A stretch of DNA of 63,820 bases, filler included, from Hyphochytrium catenoides (Eukaryota; Protista; Hyphochytriomycota), in the NCBI GenBank assembly GCA_900088475.1. It is 5 parts of 5 records of this genome, joined end to end, with 100 filler letters (N's around TTAATTAATTAA, not from the genome) between each part and the next. Parts side by side here need not be neighbours in the genome. Positions count along the whole stretch, not along the records: positions 1 to 24,070 come from FLMG01004065.1; 4 more parts are not named here. One strand, 5' to 3'. The position numbers and the translations under genes were made by a program. Under the pieces are notes generated by a model. That model was not told where the DNA came from. It saw only the letters and a list, made by a program, of their open reading frames with translations, and ran no database searches. Of the stretch, positions 1 through 12,815 are shown one piece after another. How positions within the stretch are numbered: the stretch's first letter is position 1; each line of letters starts with the position of its first letter.

Positions 1-2
1 AG

Positions 3-1600
3 AGAGAGAGAGAGAAAGAAAAGAGTAGAGCTAGCTACAGGCAGACAGAGGTCGCAGAGGAGAGAGAGAGAGAGAGAGGAGAGAGAGAGCAGGGAAGGGA
101 GAGAGAAGCTGGCAGAGAGAAGAGAAAGACCATAGAGAGAGACGAGAAGAGCGACACAGCAAAGAGGGCTCTTTCCCTCTCCGGCAACAGGAAGGAGAAG
201 TATCCTAAGACGCTCTCTTGCCTCTTGGAGGGTATCGCGATAGGGAGACTGGACTTAGCGGCGCTCAGAGGGGAAGAAAGAAAGGACCAAAGACGCGAAG
301 TGATGAGCTCGCTGGACAGGACCGCGGTCCGACAAATGATCGAGAAGCAGCGCCGAAGGCAGCAGAAAGCGCAGGAGGACGAGGAGGAGCAAGGAAGGAA
401 GACGAAAGAACTCATTCGAGGCGCCCTTCTAGCTGGATCTTTGGATGAGAAACACTACGGCGATCACTTAACAAGAGAAGGTCTGTCTGCGCCACTTCCT
501 CTTCTCTATGTCTCTCCCTTCTTGTTTACCTTTAATCTTTCCGCTCCATCTCAATTGTCTTTGAACTACTCTCTCCTATTTAACCTAGCGGAAGGCATTC
601 TTTGCTCTCTGAGGACTCCGGTGCCTCGTCTCCTTTCTGCTTCTCTCTCTCCCTGTCTCCTTCTCTCGGTATATCTCTCTCTTTGTGTTTCTCTCTCACT
701 CCCTCTCTCTGTGAATAGCTGTGGAACAGAAGACAGGGCGTCTCGTTTCCCTTCTCTCTTCCCTCCGTCTCCTGCAAGAGGAGTATGAGAAGAAGAGGAT
801 GGAAGGTATCACCGGGGCCACAGCACAGATCAGAGCGCAGAAGCTTGCCGAGACCAAAGGCTTCAAAGAGGAGAAGATGGCGCCAAAAGAAAGAGAGATT
901 GCGCTGCTGAGAGCAGAGATTAAGGTATAAGAGAGCCTGAACCTCTTCGAGGCTCACGGCTTTCTCTCTCTCTCTCTTCTTCTCTTTCTCGCTCACTCTC
1001 TCTACCCACTACCTGCCTTCTACTTTCTTTCTCGCTCTGTCTCTTTGTCTCTCTGAGAAATGCCTCATACCGTGCACCTCGTGACATCTCTTCCCCGTTA
1101 TAACTCTTCCTCTCTATCTGCCCCTTGTGCGGTTAGGCACTCTCGATCCTCCCCATGTCTAGACGTCCACCAGCCAAAGGTGCAGAGATACTTAGTAGAA
1201 AGATTGAAGAAGAGAGAGGCCGGGACTTTCTCTCCCTCTTGGACTGGGAGAGGGAGATCAAGGATCAAGTGCAAGGTCTTCCGTACGCCGCTGTGGTCAA
1301 GCTAGTGCAAGAGAGCAAGAAAGAGCTAAAGAGAGTGGAGAAAGGTAGCAATGGGCACATTAAACAGCTCCTGAAGGTCAGAGCCCCGCTTCTTTCTCTC
1401 TTATCTTCTCTCTTTCTTTGCCTCTCTCTACCTATTTTCGTTCTCTCTCTCACTCTCTTTCTCTCTCTCTTTTTCTCACTTTCCCCATCCCTCTCTTCCT
1501 CTCCATTTGCCTTTCCTTCATTACCTAGATCGGCCGACTCTGCACGAAAGTTAATGAGCTAGAGGATGCGATAGAGGCTGTGGAGTCTGCATATCATGTC
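3..1600 (+). CDS. Hypothetical coiled-coil protein, partial at both ends (window start; N gap at 1602)
   Basis: Four phase-consistent exons joined by GT-AG introns with CT-rich bodies: <225..480, 719..924, 1137..1376, 1529..1600. The product is E/K/R-rich and helical (..KHYGDHLTREAVEQKTGRL..LLRAEIK|ALSILPMS..KQLLK|IGRLCTKVNELEDAIEAVES). No family recognised. Confidence 0.55.
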
Positions 1601-1768
1601 TNNNNNNNNNNNNAAAAGAGAGAGAGATATCATGATAGATAGAGAGAGAAAAGAAAAAGAACAGAGAGAGAGAGAGAAAAAGAGAGGGTCGACTGGGGGT
1701 TGTGCGGAAGAGAGAACAAGAACATAACTCATAAGGGATCAAAAAGAGGCTGGCCCTACGTGGGGAAG

Positions 1769-3726
1769 ATGAGCAAGACTGCGCGGAGGAAAGAAGGGAG
1801 GCTGGCGCTATTCCAACGCTTCGCTTCTCCCTCGCTTGCTGACTGTTCTTTCTCACCTTCGCTGAAATTATCGCGCTATTTGGCACTCAACACTAGCGGC
1901 GGGACTCACTTCTCCTGCTATCTCATTTGTATCTCTCTTGCGGCGAGGAGAAGGTGCCCAAGGCATCAGGTGATAGGACACATTTCTCACTTTTGCCTCC
2001 AATGCAACCACTTCCCCCAGTCTTTATAGCAATCTCCATACCCGCCCCTTTCTTCTCTCTACTCTCACGTGCCGGTGCTTCTCCGTTAGGTCTCTAGATC
2101 CTCCTCCTTCTCTTCTACGTCGGTACTTCTCTCTTCCTCTCCATTGAGTTATCTCATCCTCATAACGCTTTAGAGAACCTGAGGTTATGGCTGGAGTCTG
2201 CCTCTCCAGCTGAGCGATTCGAAGCTTTGAAGCACGCTGCGCGGTGGGAGCTGCAGAACTTTCTTCTCTCTCTCGTAGCACCTGATTCTTTCTCCCCTAT
2301 CTCACTGTTATACCTCCCTCTCCTTGGCCTGCTTCTCAGTCGGGAGACTCTCTTCTTGAACGGACGTCCATAGTTCTTGGGCTTGCCATGATCTCCGTCT
2401 CTATTGAACTGCCGTTTCCATTCTGCTTACTCTCACCATATATCCTTAGACCTAATCTTTCTCATATTTCTTGGCTCCTCTTCAGCACGCTCTCTACAGC
2501 TAGACACCTGCATGATCCTAAGTTCCAGGGAGAGACGGAGGCAAGAAGGGCCAAGCTGGAGAGAGGAGAGCTTACAAGGTGACCCTTTAGCCTATCCCCG
2601 CACTGGTGACCTTCCTTGCCTTTCTTCTTCCTATTCGTAGAACCTTCATCGCTCTCCCATCTTTTCGACACCTTCTCATCCTTCGATATGGCCAACGGGA
2701 CCTGCTGTTTAGGCTCTCAGAGATGCTGGTTCAGGTTCTGGAGGAGCTGTTGGCTCTTCACCCAGCAGATCCCGGTTAGCAGTGCCTGCGACTTCGCCTC
2801 TTTCTTTCTTACTTTCTTAGGGATATGCCCCTGGTTCTCCCCTGCTCCGTCTCTCGGTTTGTCCTGTTGAAACGCCAGCACTCCTTTCTTATTTCCGTCA
2901 CTCGCTTTTCCTTTGTCCTGCCATTATCTTCTCGCGGCCCTAGCCATTCGCTTCTTATTCCTGCTGGTAGTCCCGCCACGATCCTGTACGAAGGAGATTA
3001 CTTCTTAGGTGCTTTCTCTCCTTTTTGTGTCAGTCCATTTCTCTCGGTCAGTCCACTCGGTGCTGGCATTCCTTGTTGCTCCTCTCAAGTCCTCCTTGAC
3101 CCTTCGCTTAATCGGCTTTCTCCCTCCCTCCCCGGTGTCTTCTCTCTCTTTCTTTCTCTCTCTGTCTCTTTCCCCTCACTTGTCTCTCTCTTTTTCGTCG
3201 TCTTTGTTCTGTGCGACCCATCTTTTGTTCCCAGTGATCCTCTATACACTATCCGACCTGTACATGGACAAGCTGGAGTATGACAAAGCTAGAGAGTTGC
3301 TCATTCAATTCAACGCTCTGTCCCCTCTCTCATCCTCTCTCTGGCATGAAGTGCAGCAGGCTGACTTCACCATTGTCTAGAAAGAGGGTATTACTATTGA
3401 AAGAGAAATGGAGAGAGAGGGAAAGCTTTTTTCAGCATCTCTTCCTGCTCCTTCGCAGGTACTTGCTAGGGAAGTACTTTGGGCGTCATAGAGCTATCCT
3501 GACGACGTGTGGGGCGGAGAGAGAGGAAATAACTGTCGTGGATTGTGCTGGATACTGCTCCCGCTTCTTTTGCCCTTCCCCTTCCTCTCTCTCACCCTCT
3601 CTTAGAGCTTTGTTGGAGGGACCCAGCTAGGCTCCTCAATTGAGACTCCAGGAGGTTGTACGGCTCATTGAAACCAATGCCGTTATTCGCTTCTTCTCGA
3701 GGATGATAGAGGCTCGCACTTTATAG
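1769..3726 (+). CDS. Multi-exon hypothetical protein with a TPR/helical-repeat-like segment; exon structure incomplete
   Basis: Phase-consistent exons at about 2486..2578, 2641..2774 and 3235..3345 give ..RGELTRTFIALPSFRHLLILRYGQRDLLFRLSEMLVQVLEELLALHPADPVILYTLSDLYMDKLEYDKARELL. Start and end are tentative. Confidence 0.35.
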
Positions 3727-3827
3727 ACTCACGTTGGAGACCAGTCCTGAGCCAATCATAAGGCCCTACAAGCTATACTAGCGCACGCCCAAATAAGGAG
3801 AACGAGGCAGTTGCCGGCATCAATCTA

Positions 3828-6800
3828 TCACTTCTCTTCTCTCTCCCTCTCTCGGCCCTGGATACTCTTCCAGACCCTGAACCACGGTCCATTTTTTGGG
3901 ATAAAGAAGTTGTTGACCTCCTTTAAGAAGCGCCGAGGAAAGGATACCGAGGGAGAGACACTCTGGATCTGTGCCAAGTAGGCACGGATCTTTTCCTTAT
4001 CTATAGGCAAAAGGGGGAGAGAGCAGTCGCTGGGTTCTCCTTTCCCATCGGTTCCATGGAGCGAAATGGGTGATAGACCTTCATCGAAGAATGCAAGAAG
4101 GAGAGCAAGAACGATGATAGCACTGACTTCATTTCCTGTCTCGCAAGTAACTACGCATCTCCCTCCTTTACCGCTGAGAAAGAGAGGAAAAGCACTCGCA
4201 ATGGCCTGCAGATATTAAGGGAGAAACAAGGTCGTTAGAGACGTAGCCTTCTCTTTCAGCGAAACAAAGAAGAGAGATCCAAGAAAGGAAAGAACGTTGC
4301 TGGGACCCATGTAGATATTCAACGCAAGGGAAGAAAGGCAAATGCCGAGAGAAGGGATATGAAGAGAAGCACTGTCACTACAATAATAGCAAAAGCATGA
4401 AGTTTTCGTTATCTTGTGGACAGCGTGAGGGAGATCTACCGATGAGAGAGAGGGGTAGAGAGAGAAGAGTACGAAAAATGGTGAACCCGCCTTGGGAAAG
4501 ACCTCGGTCTGCCATATAGTCTTGTTCTTCTCCTTCTTAGACGCAGTCAGCCCGCAGTAGATGTACCGTGTGTCTCCTTGCAGGAACGAGCAAGGTTGGG
4601 GAGAGCCATCCAGTAAGAGATCAACCTCCTCATCTCCCAGCATCAGCGGAAGTGAAAGGCTGGAGAAGGTGGCAGAGGCGAGAGCTGAGGAGGGGGCAAA
4701 GCCTATTCCAGTCTCTCTTATCCAGGTCACGCACTTCTCTCCTTCCATTAACTGACATTCGCCTGCTTTCTCTTTGAGTAACAGACTGTGGATAAGATCC
4801 GCTGCTCCTTCCGCCGAGAGAGAGCCATCCAAAAGCTCCTCCTCGTGCGACCAGAACAAAGAAGGAGAGAGACCCTGTGCCCAGGATTCCTCATCATCTG
4901 CTGCACCTTGGATGTAGGGCCAACTGCCGATGATACAGAGCACAACAGTGTAAGTAGACTGGGAGGCAAAGGGCAGAAATGAACAAGACGACGAGCGTCG
5001 TAGTGCCAAGGGTAGCAGGACCAGACCGGGGAGTAATGACGATAAGAAAAGCTTGTGAAGCGTCGGGAGAGAAAGAAGGCCTTTCCCTTAAACGGATGTG
5101 ATCAAGAAAGTGAAGGCATAGGACCAGCAAGAGCGCTAGAGAGACAGCAGAGGGAAACGCGAAGTGGGAGAGGAGAGGTGACCTGTACAAAGACTTGAGG
5201 GCTACATTAGAGATTAGCCTGCTCGCGGAGACACATATGATCGGTGTAAAAGCTCTTTGTGGAGTTTGCCATTGTGCTTGTTCTCCTTCCACACGTTCCG
5301 CGTCATCTGCTTCCATGCTCCTCATTGTTTCGTGAGTGAATTGGTCTTCTCCGTCTCCTTCGTCAAGGTGTATGCTTCCGTCCTCGGTCTCCCATAGAAT
5401 GTCGTCTGGGTGGTGCGATAAGACAAAGGAACTGCTGAAAATAGCATTCAAAACTGAAGAAGAGAACAAGCACGAGAAAGAGACAGACCAGGGGTGCGAG
5501 GCCAAAAGAGAGGAGAAAGGTGGAAATAAGCAAGAGAGGGAGAGAGAGAGAGACAGAGAGACCGACCAAATGACGAGGACAAAGGTGACGGTGCACCTTT
5601 TGAAGCTAAGAGAGACTGGCTTTGACAGTGTGGAAGGAAGTGAGGTGCGTGTTGGCGACCACGACCGGCGAGACATCCCTTCCGGGTAATTCCTTACCTC
5701 TACAGATCCAGACCGCTCGCAGAGGTTTGGTAAGGGCTTGTTTCAGATCTTGCAGAATTATCGCCCGAGCGGGCGTCGCTCTCTCTAGCAGGAGAGGAAT
5801 TCTGGCCTAACATGAAGTAGTAGAGGAGTAAGAACAAAAGGAAGGCGGTATCAAGAAGAGAAGCAAAGGCGCTAGGGAATACTGCAGAAAGATTGAGTGT
5901 GTTAGACCGCCAGATGATGTGCTTGTCGAGGATGAAGGCAACGAATAGTGAGCACATGAGAGAAAGACAACGGCAGTGACTGTCACATCATTAGGGGAAG
6001 GGGAAGCTTCACCGAGCATCACAGAAAGAGAAGCTCGTCAAGAAGAAGGAGAGTAGTACAGAGCCCTAGCCCCCCGTATCTCCCTTCGCTCCCTCCCTCC
6101 CTGCTTGCATTTCTGTCTATCTCACCTTAATCTGTGCTCTCTCAGACGAGCCAACCCATTCTGGAAGGTGAAGTGACGTATCCCAGGCGCCTCTCCCCTC
6201 TCCCTCAACATGTTCATCTCCCTCTTCTTCGTCATCTTTCCGTCTTTCTTCAGCTAGTAAGCTGTTCAGCACACAGCACCAGATCGGTATAGTCTTGCTC
6301 AAGGAATCGGGAAATTTCTATTGTGTAGGAGAAAATCGTCAATGTCATGGGAAGAGTAGCTGCAGCGTGGAGCAAAGAGGAGAAAAGCTGAGCTAGAGGC
6401 GAGAAATGGAGTTTGAGCCGTATAGAAAGAGCAACGTAGAAGCACCACAGAGCGAAAGAAACTACGGACAGGGAGGCGCGAGGACAGAGCAGAGGCAATA
6501 TTAAAAAGAGAGGCGGAAGCCAGAGAGAGAAAGAAGGGAGTGAGAGACAGAGAGAGAGAGAGAGAGATGTTTCCTCAAGGACCTTTCCTTGTCTGGTAGA
6601 GTCCACTATGATGCATCCAGCGTGAGTGGCGGCTGAGAGAGCCACGTGAAGATTGAGACGAGAGAGGGAAAAGTCCCATTGTCCTTGATGCCCATCATTG
6701 GACTGCAGGAGAGAACATAATGAGCACGGGTAAGGGCCGATAACTGAGCAATCTAGGGGACGCGGATGACTTAAGGCGCCCCAGTAGCATTGGCCTTTAC

Positions 6801-7719
6801 GCGCCGAACATCTCAACAGAAAGCCAAAAACATTGAGAGGAGATAGCGACAGTGATGAGGATGTAGACGGAAATCAGAGCAACTGCCAGGGGGAGAAGGC
6901 GCGAGGTTACCTTGAAGTAGCACTTCCCGTCAAACTGACGGGAGTACCATAGTCCTTGACGCAAATTGCCAAAGGCTGGATACCTACCGTCGCAGACCAG
7001 CAGAGGATGAGCGGGAGCGATGATCAGGACGGACGAAGGGCAAGAAGCCTGCAGAGAAGCTCAAGGAAGAAAGAACCAGGCACGCAAAACGGGGAACTGG
7101 AGAAGAGGCCGAGTCGAAAGGAGGGGAGAAGAAGAGATACATGGGCAGAGAAAAGAAGGGGTAAGTTAAGGCAAAGAGAGACAGCTCTGAGTCGACAGAG
7201 CGGCTTTAGAGAGATAGAGTCAATGAGCAAGGTTGCCTGACTTGAACAAACACTTCCGGACTTGGTCGACGTAGTCAGCATCCTCCTTTATGGACCTGTC
7301 AGCACGGTGATATATCGAACAACGGTTAAACCAGCAGCAAAGCGAGCAAGAGGAGAGTGCTACTTCAGACGAGAGACCAAGAGCGTGCACGAATTGGGGC
7401 TCCGGCGAAGTGTGAGGAGTCTTTGTGTATGTATGAATCTCTCTTAACAAAGGGACAACCTTTAAGAGAGACATGTGAAGGTTGGGAGGGAGAAGGCTAG
7501 GCGCCAACAGGGAGAGAGGTACCTGAGATAATTTCTGACATCTGCCCGCTCCGCTTGCTTCAGCTTCCTCCGCAGCTTGCCGATTCCGAGCTCAGAGGGT
7601 GGAAGGAAAGACGATGGCGACCAGGGAATTGCAGGCGAACCGTCATCACTGCCGTCTTCTCTCTCAGATGGGTCATGAGGCAGAGAGCCCGTAGAGAGGC
7701 TCTTCTCTTTCCTACTCAT
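3828..7719 (-). CDS. RIT1: tRNA A64-2'-O-ribosylphosphate transferase (initiator tRNA phosphoribosyltransferase), multi-exon
   Basis: Spliced Rit1 motifs in the expected order: FGNLRQGLWY, CYFK|SNDGHQGQWDFSLSRLNLHV, GCIIVDSTRQGK, SKTIPIWCCVLN, LHLPEWV, KPLRAVW, IICVSAS, YIQGAADDEESWAQGLSPSLFW, then the C-terminal DUSP-like region VVTCETGNEVS..IDKEKIR..LKEVNNFF. ATG at 7719, stop at 3828. Confidence 0.9.
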
Positions 7720-7879
7720 CTCGCTCTCGCTGGCTCTTGATGGGCTGCTGACATCGTTCGACCCTTAATCGCTCTAATGTCGAGCACGCATCTGCCTGCG
7801 GCTTTCGAAAGACATGATGAGTCGAAGGGATGCGAGAGGTACCAACCAGAACTTAGCGAGCAGTATCGGGGCAATCAGA

Positions 7880-8071
7880 GGGAGGCAGAGAGCGAGCCAG
7901 AGACAGTCAGAGATGGAAAGGAGAGAGAGAGAAAAGAGAGGAAGGGAGTGGGCGAGATGACAGAGACAAGAGAGAGAATCAAGGAGAGAGAGCGAGAGAA
8001 AAAGAGAGAGAGAGAGAGAAAGAGAAAGAGAGAGAGAGAGAGAGAGAGACACAGAAAGAGACAGAGACAGA

Positions 8072-8123
<52 letters not shown>

Positions 8124-8160
8124 GAAAGAGAGAGAAAGAGAGAGAAGGAGAAACAGGGAG
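7880..8160. repeat. (AG)n / purine-only microsatellite tract between divergent genes
   Basis: Near-pure A/G run on the + strand between the RIT1 start (7719, -) and the MFS gene start (8692, +). Confidence 0.9.
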
Positions 8161-8691
8161 GGGGTACAGTAGCTGGAAAGCTCTTCTGGACAATCAGAAG
8201 CCATCTCCTCTTGATGGTTGTGCCCCAGAGAGCCCCTAACGGCCATTCTCTGAAGGTTATCACTTCGAATCCTAGCTTGATTATCAGTAGGAAGGCCTCC
8301 GTCCCGCTTTCTTCAGAAAGAAGCAAAGAAGGCAGCGCCCAGAAACTGAAAAATGTTAGAGCTTTTCATCTTCAAGTCCTCTCAATCCGCAAAAGTTCTG
8401 CAGATCTTCATGACGTGGAAGCTATTCATGATTCCTAGGAGGCTGCCACACGCCGTGCTAGGAGCCTGTTGGCAACGAGGACCAGGAATCGACGACATTT
8501 CAGCTCTGGGTTGGCTCTCTTGTCTGCAGTTTTTTCTGTGAAGGGCACTAAGCGAGACCCTATCAAGTCAGTCAGCATCGGCGGAGTGCAGCGCTTCCAA
8601 GCTCCGATACAGCTCTGGAAGTTCGCTCTCGTGCCCTCAGGCCAGAGTCATGACGTAAGGGTTACAGCGCTTTCAAGCGTCTTAAATAGCC

Positions 8692-11600
8692 ATGATGGCT
8701 AGCGCACGAGGCACTGCTTCTCCCGTAAGCGATGAACGGCGAGAAGGGGGAACTTCATATAGAGGCACCCGCAGGGGTGACGAGCAGGAATTTGGCTCAA
8801 GAAGATGGCAATTGAACCAGTGCATCTTTTGCCTTGTTCTCGTGGCCGACTTCCTGCCTTCTGCCTTACTCCTAATATTAGCTCCAGCACTTGGAATCTT
8901 TCTCCCCGGTGACATTCAGTTAACGACACACTCTGGAGGTATGTGCAGTCTCTTTCCATCCTGTCACCTTCTTGACCCTTTGTGTACGGGCAACTCAGAG
9001 CTTGCTGCTTTGATCTCTCTTCAGCTTCTGCAGTAACGAACAGACACGCGCTCTTTTCCTCTCCGTCATTAGTTCTCTCTCGCCCTGTAGCTCGCTCTCT
9101 TTCGGACATTTCCCGCTAAACATGAAATGTCGCTGTTTGTCGTGCTACTAAATGGACAACTCGTCGCGCATTCGCGCTCTGCTGAACTCTGCAGGAGGGT
9201 CTTCGCCACCGTCCAAGCGGCCGAGAGATCCTGAGGATTTAACTTTAGGTCATGATTGGGCGGACTCTGTAGCCATCGCGGGCTTTATCTATTTCACAGA
9301 GCTTCTCGCCTCTGGCTGCACCTTCTCACTTTGGGATATCTTGGGCAACAGGTATTCGCACTCTTGGGTACCTTCATTGTCTTGGTCCGTAGCCTGTCCA
9401 TAGCCTTTCCTCTCTCCTCGAGGCATCGTCAAAAGGGTTTATCACTGTCTGTCCTACCTCGGTTTCTTCTTCGAAATCCGCCCTTTGCCCACAAGCTTCT
9501 TCAAGAGGCCTGGATAGAAAGCATTTCTTCACTACTCCTTTCCTTTCTCTTTGATTGCATTGCTTTTCCTCACCGCAGCGTTCATTCTCTGAAATTTTGC
9601 CTCCCGCCCCTCTTTCCTCAATCTCTCATTGCGAAGAATGGGGAGACGGCTAGTCCTACTATGTAGCCTCTCGTCCTCTCTCTGCAGTCTTTATTTCTTA
9701 GGGTTCTCCACAAGCAGTGGCTCAGTGGTCCTGAACCGGATAATCTTTGGACCATTGTCAGCAGTCCAGCCGATAATCCGGTCACTATGTGTAGAAGCAC
9801 AGTGGTCAGCATCTCTCTACTTTAGGGTCTGCTTCTTCCTTGATTCGCTCCTTCTTGTCCTTGTCCCCTACCATCAGTGACATAGTCACTCCACTCTACT
9901 CTACTTCTTCCTCCTTTTTAATCGCGGTTGCCGCCTTTCTGGTTTGACTAGCCATGCTGTTATATCTCACCTGTGTCCTGCTGAGCTCTTACTTTTCTTT
10001 TACTTGCGCGGCTTTCTATCCGCGCATTTATCCCTTCTTCTCCCGATCACTTTGTTTACGTTCTCCTGTTGATGGCTGACAAGTCCGCTTCTCTCTCTTC
10101 TCTTATATAGGGGCATCTATACCACGATAGTCAAAGTGGCGCTCTCCTCCTCCGTCCTGCTAGCAGCCTTCCTCTGCTGTATTGCCTATGGTTCCACTTC
10201 CAGAGACCAAAGATATGCTTCTCAATTTCTCTCTACTGTCTGCTTCTTCTCTTCCCTAGTTGTGGGAGCCATAATAGCTACTGCCTGGCTGGTCTTTCCT
10301 TCTTCATTAGCCTCCTCCGGCTATGCGGAGGTAATGGAAGAAGGAGGAGGAGATACCTTTAGTGGTCTGGCTCTTGATTTTCTAGAGGGAGATGGGCGAA
10401 GCAATGGAGCAAAAAGGGGTGTTCTCTCTCCCAGGCGGCAGCGGAAACAGAACGAAAGAAAGGGAACCCCAACTCTAGCCTCAATGTCCAGAGGACAAAG
10501 GGGATTTGGACCACGAGATCCAAACTTCTCTCCGCTCGCTCTTCCCCCGCAGCAGTTCCTCGAGGCAGAAGGCGGCAAGCTCCAGAATGCTGTCAGAAGA
10601 TGGAGAAACACTCTTCTCTGGAGAGAGATAAACAACGTAGGGAGTATCATCGACCGACCCTCTCCTCTCTTCTTTGAAATCAAGCAAGTGTTCCCTCATT
10701 ATTTCCACGGCAAGAGTGAGAGGCAAGAGCCTCTCTTGGTCCTAAAGTGCGGCAGAGTCGCTCTGTCATCCATCAAAAATGGGAAGATCGCCCCCAAGGA
10801 CTTCGAATACCACTTCGTTTTCCTCATGGAGTATGCCCTTAAAGTGTTCTCGCCGCCATCCCCTTCTCCCTCTCCTTTTCCGTCTCTGCCTCCTGCTTCT
10901 GAGGGTGAAGATAGGAGGGAAGACGATGGGGCGATAGAGCAGAAGTCAATGAAGCTCCTTGTTCTCATTGACATGGCTGGAGTTCGCCTTCAAGACATAA
11001 GCGCCGAGGTATCAGATTTAACTCCTCATGGCTCACTGTCTGTTCGTTCCTTCCTGCATCCGTATGTTGTTCTGGCCTTTTGCTTGTCTTGTCCTCGTCT
11101 TAAAGTCTCTGTCCTTTCCACTTCGTCTCTCTCTCACGGCCGCTATGTGAAAACATCTCTTGTAGGTGTTAGCATATCTCCAGACGGTAGTGAGCATGCT
11201 TCAGACCCATTACCCGGAGAGAGTGTCTCAGGTCTTCGTGGCCAATGTCCCGTTTTGGTTTGACATACTCTGGAAAGCACTCTCTCCCCACATAGAGAAA
11301 AGGACCCGCAAGAAGATTCTCCTCCTGAAGACAAGATCATTGTTGGAGGATACGCTGTCTCGGATATTCTCTCCGTCGCTACTTCCTATCGAGTACGGAG
11401 GGCTGTCAACGCTTGTCTTGGGCGAGAGTCTAGAAGAAGAGGATCTTACAGATTATGTCAAGGTGAAGCTGAAGGAGGTGTTCAAGGAAGAAGCAGGGCT
11501 GCTCCAGACGGCTCTGGAACCCCGGGCTTCTCCTCTGTCAGGACCTATCCTATCTTCTCTTTCTAGTGATGATGACGAGTTTTTCGATGCAGAAGAGGAG

Positions 11601-12815
11601 GAAGACATGATTATCCAGTCCATAGAAGATGGCCTGTCATCCCCTGAAGCGGATGTATCGGCCAGTTTCGTCAATAGCCCAAGAGTTAGAGAAGTAAAGA
11701 GAGACTGGAAAGCTCAAAGCGCTCCGTCCTCTTCCTCTCAACCACCAATAGATAGAATGGGAGACACTGGCAGTCCGCCCTCTCCACGACGAAGGAAAGG
11801 CTCGTCCCTACCTTCTGCGCCCGAGAGACAAAGCTCGAATGTGGAAGCAGAGACATATCTCACGCAGAGAGAAGAGGACCGCCCGTCCGCAGAGCAAGCA
11901 CTAGAGCACTTGCAAGAGGTAGACCTCACCGACAACTCCTCTCCCTCCCTTCGTTCCTCTTCTGCCACCAAGAAGAGGGAAGAAAAGGGAGCGCTCTCCT
12001 ATCATGTCGTCGGTTCTGCTGCGCATGTCGAAGAGTTTGGGAGAACGGGGGACTCTCCTTCTGTTGTTCTTTCTACGGAGGCGTCAGGGGCTTCTACGCC
12101 TTCGGAGGCCAGCTATGAACTACACTTCCGCTCTGCTTTTAGCGTCTCGCTCCTGGCGAGAGAGAGACGTCTGGCGGATATCGCCAAGCTCCACGCACTC
12201 TTTTTGTCCTGTGAGGTCTCTCTTCTCCTTCTCTTTCCTATCTGGGGCTGGGGAAGATACACACACGGAGATCTGTCATTTTCTCTCTTGGGAGTCTGTT
12301 CTGCTCTCCTCTCGGGGGCCGCGCTCCTCTTGGTCTGGGAACTGTCTATGTCCAGCGTCATTGTTAGCTGTGTCAGAGGGAATGGGATGATTCAGGTCTT
12401 TTGTGTGGCCAGCAAGTGCCAGGCGATCCTCTCACTCTTGCTCCCTCTGGGCTCATGCTTAGGAAACTCTTCCTTTGGGGTGGGAGCCAGCTGGGTTATT
12501 GCTCTTCTCTCTCTCATCTCTTTCTCGTTTGGAGGCATTGCGTTCGCTGCTATTACAGCGCTGGTTGATAGAGTAGTGCATCAGAGAGAGAGAAAGCACT
12601 TTCATCGACTCGTTGTCTCTCTCTCACTGCTCGCTGCTTCTCTCTCGGTGCTTCTTCTGCTCTCGGTGGTGAGCTTAGGCAGCGTTCGGCTTCTGTATCC
12701 GCTGGGGACCGTATTGGCCTACGGCGCGATCGTGGCCGGCCTTTATCTCTCAGTCCGCCTTGCAGAACAAATCTCCGTCACTGATCTCCTGCATACACAA
12801 AGAGGAAGCGTGTAG
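8692..12815 (+). CDS. MFS-fold (ZIFL/TCR-Tet-like) membrane protein with a CRAL-TRIO (Sec14) domain and an FFAT motif in the central cytoplasmic loop
   Basis: Exons 8692..8938, 9249..9351, 9637..~9780 (donor uncertain), 10111..11008, 11166..12815. The N-half has a degenerate MFS motif A (WDILGNR|MGRRLVLL..GFS..NRIIFG). CRAL-TRIO motifs: QFLEAEGG..RRWRNTLLWRE, LVLIDMAGV, QTHYPERVSQVFVANVPFWFDILWKALSPHIEKRTRKKI, LPIEYGG. Then DDDEFFDAEEE, and about six C-terminal hydrophobic helices starting LLFPIWGWGRYTHGDLSFS. Confidence 0.85.
11577..11597 (+). other. Encoded FFAT motif (EFFDAEE) with upstream acidic/serine tract; predicted VAP-binding site
   Basis: GAG TTT TTC GAT GCA GAA GAG = E-F-F-D-A-E-E, an exact match to the canonical EFFDAxE. 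It is preceded by SSLSSDDD in a low-complexity linker. Confidence 0.85.

Noticed and set aside
3938-3947. GTATCCTTT on the - strand resembling a second U12 5' splice site
   Set aside because: It lies inside the conserved terminal RIT1 exon (SVSFPRRFLKEVNNFF), and no intron is needed to keep the frame.
7774-8326. Many ORFs made of SLSLSL or RERERE repeats (also 22927..23868, 48386..52665, 55288..56677, 63287..63685)
   Set aside because: They are translations of (CT/AG)n microsatellites, which lack stop codons, and mostly lie in introns or intergenic DNA.
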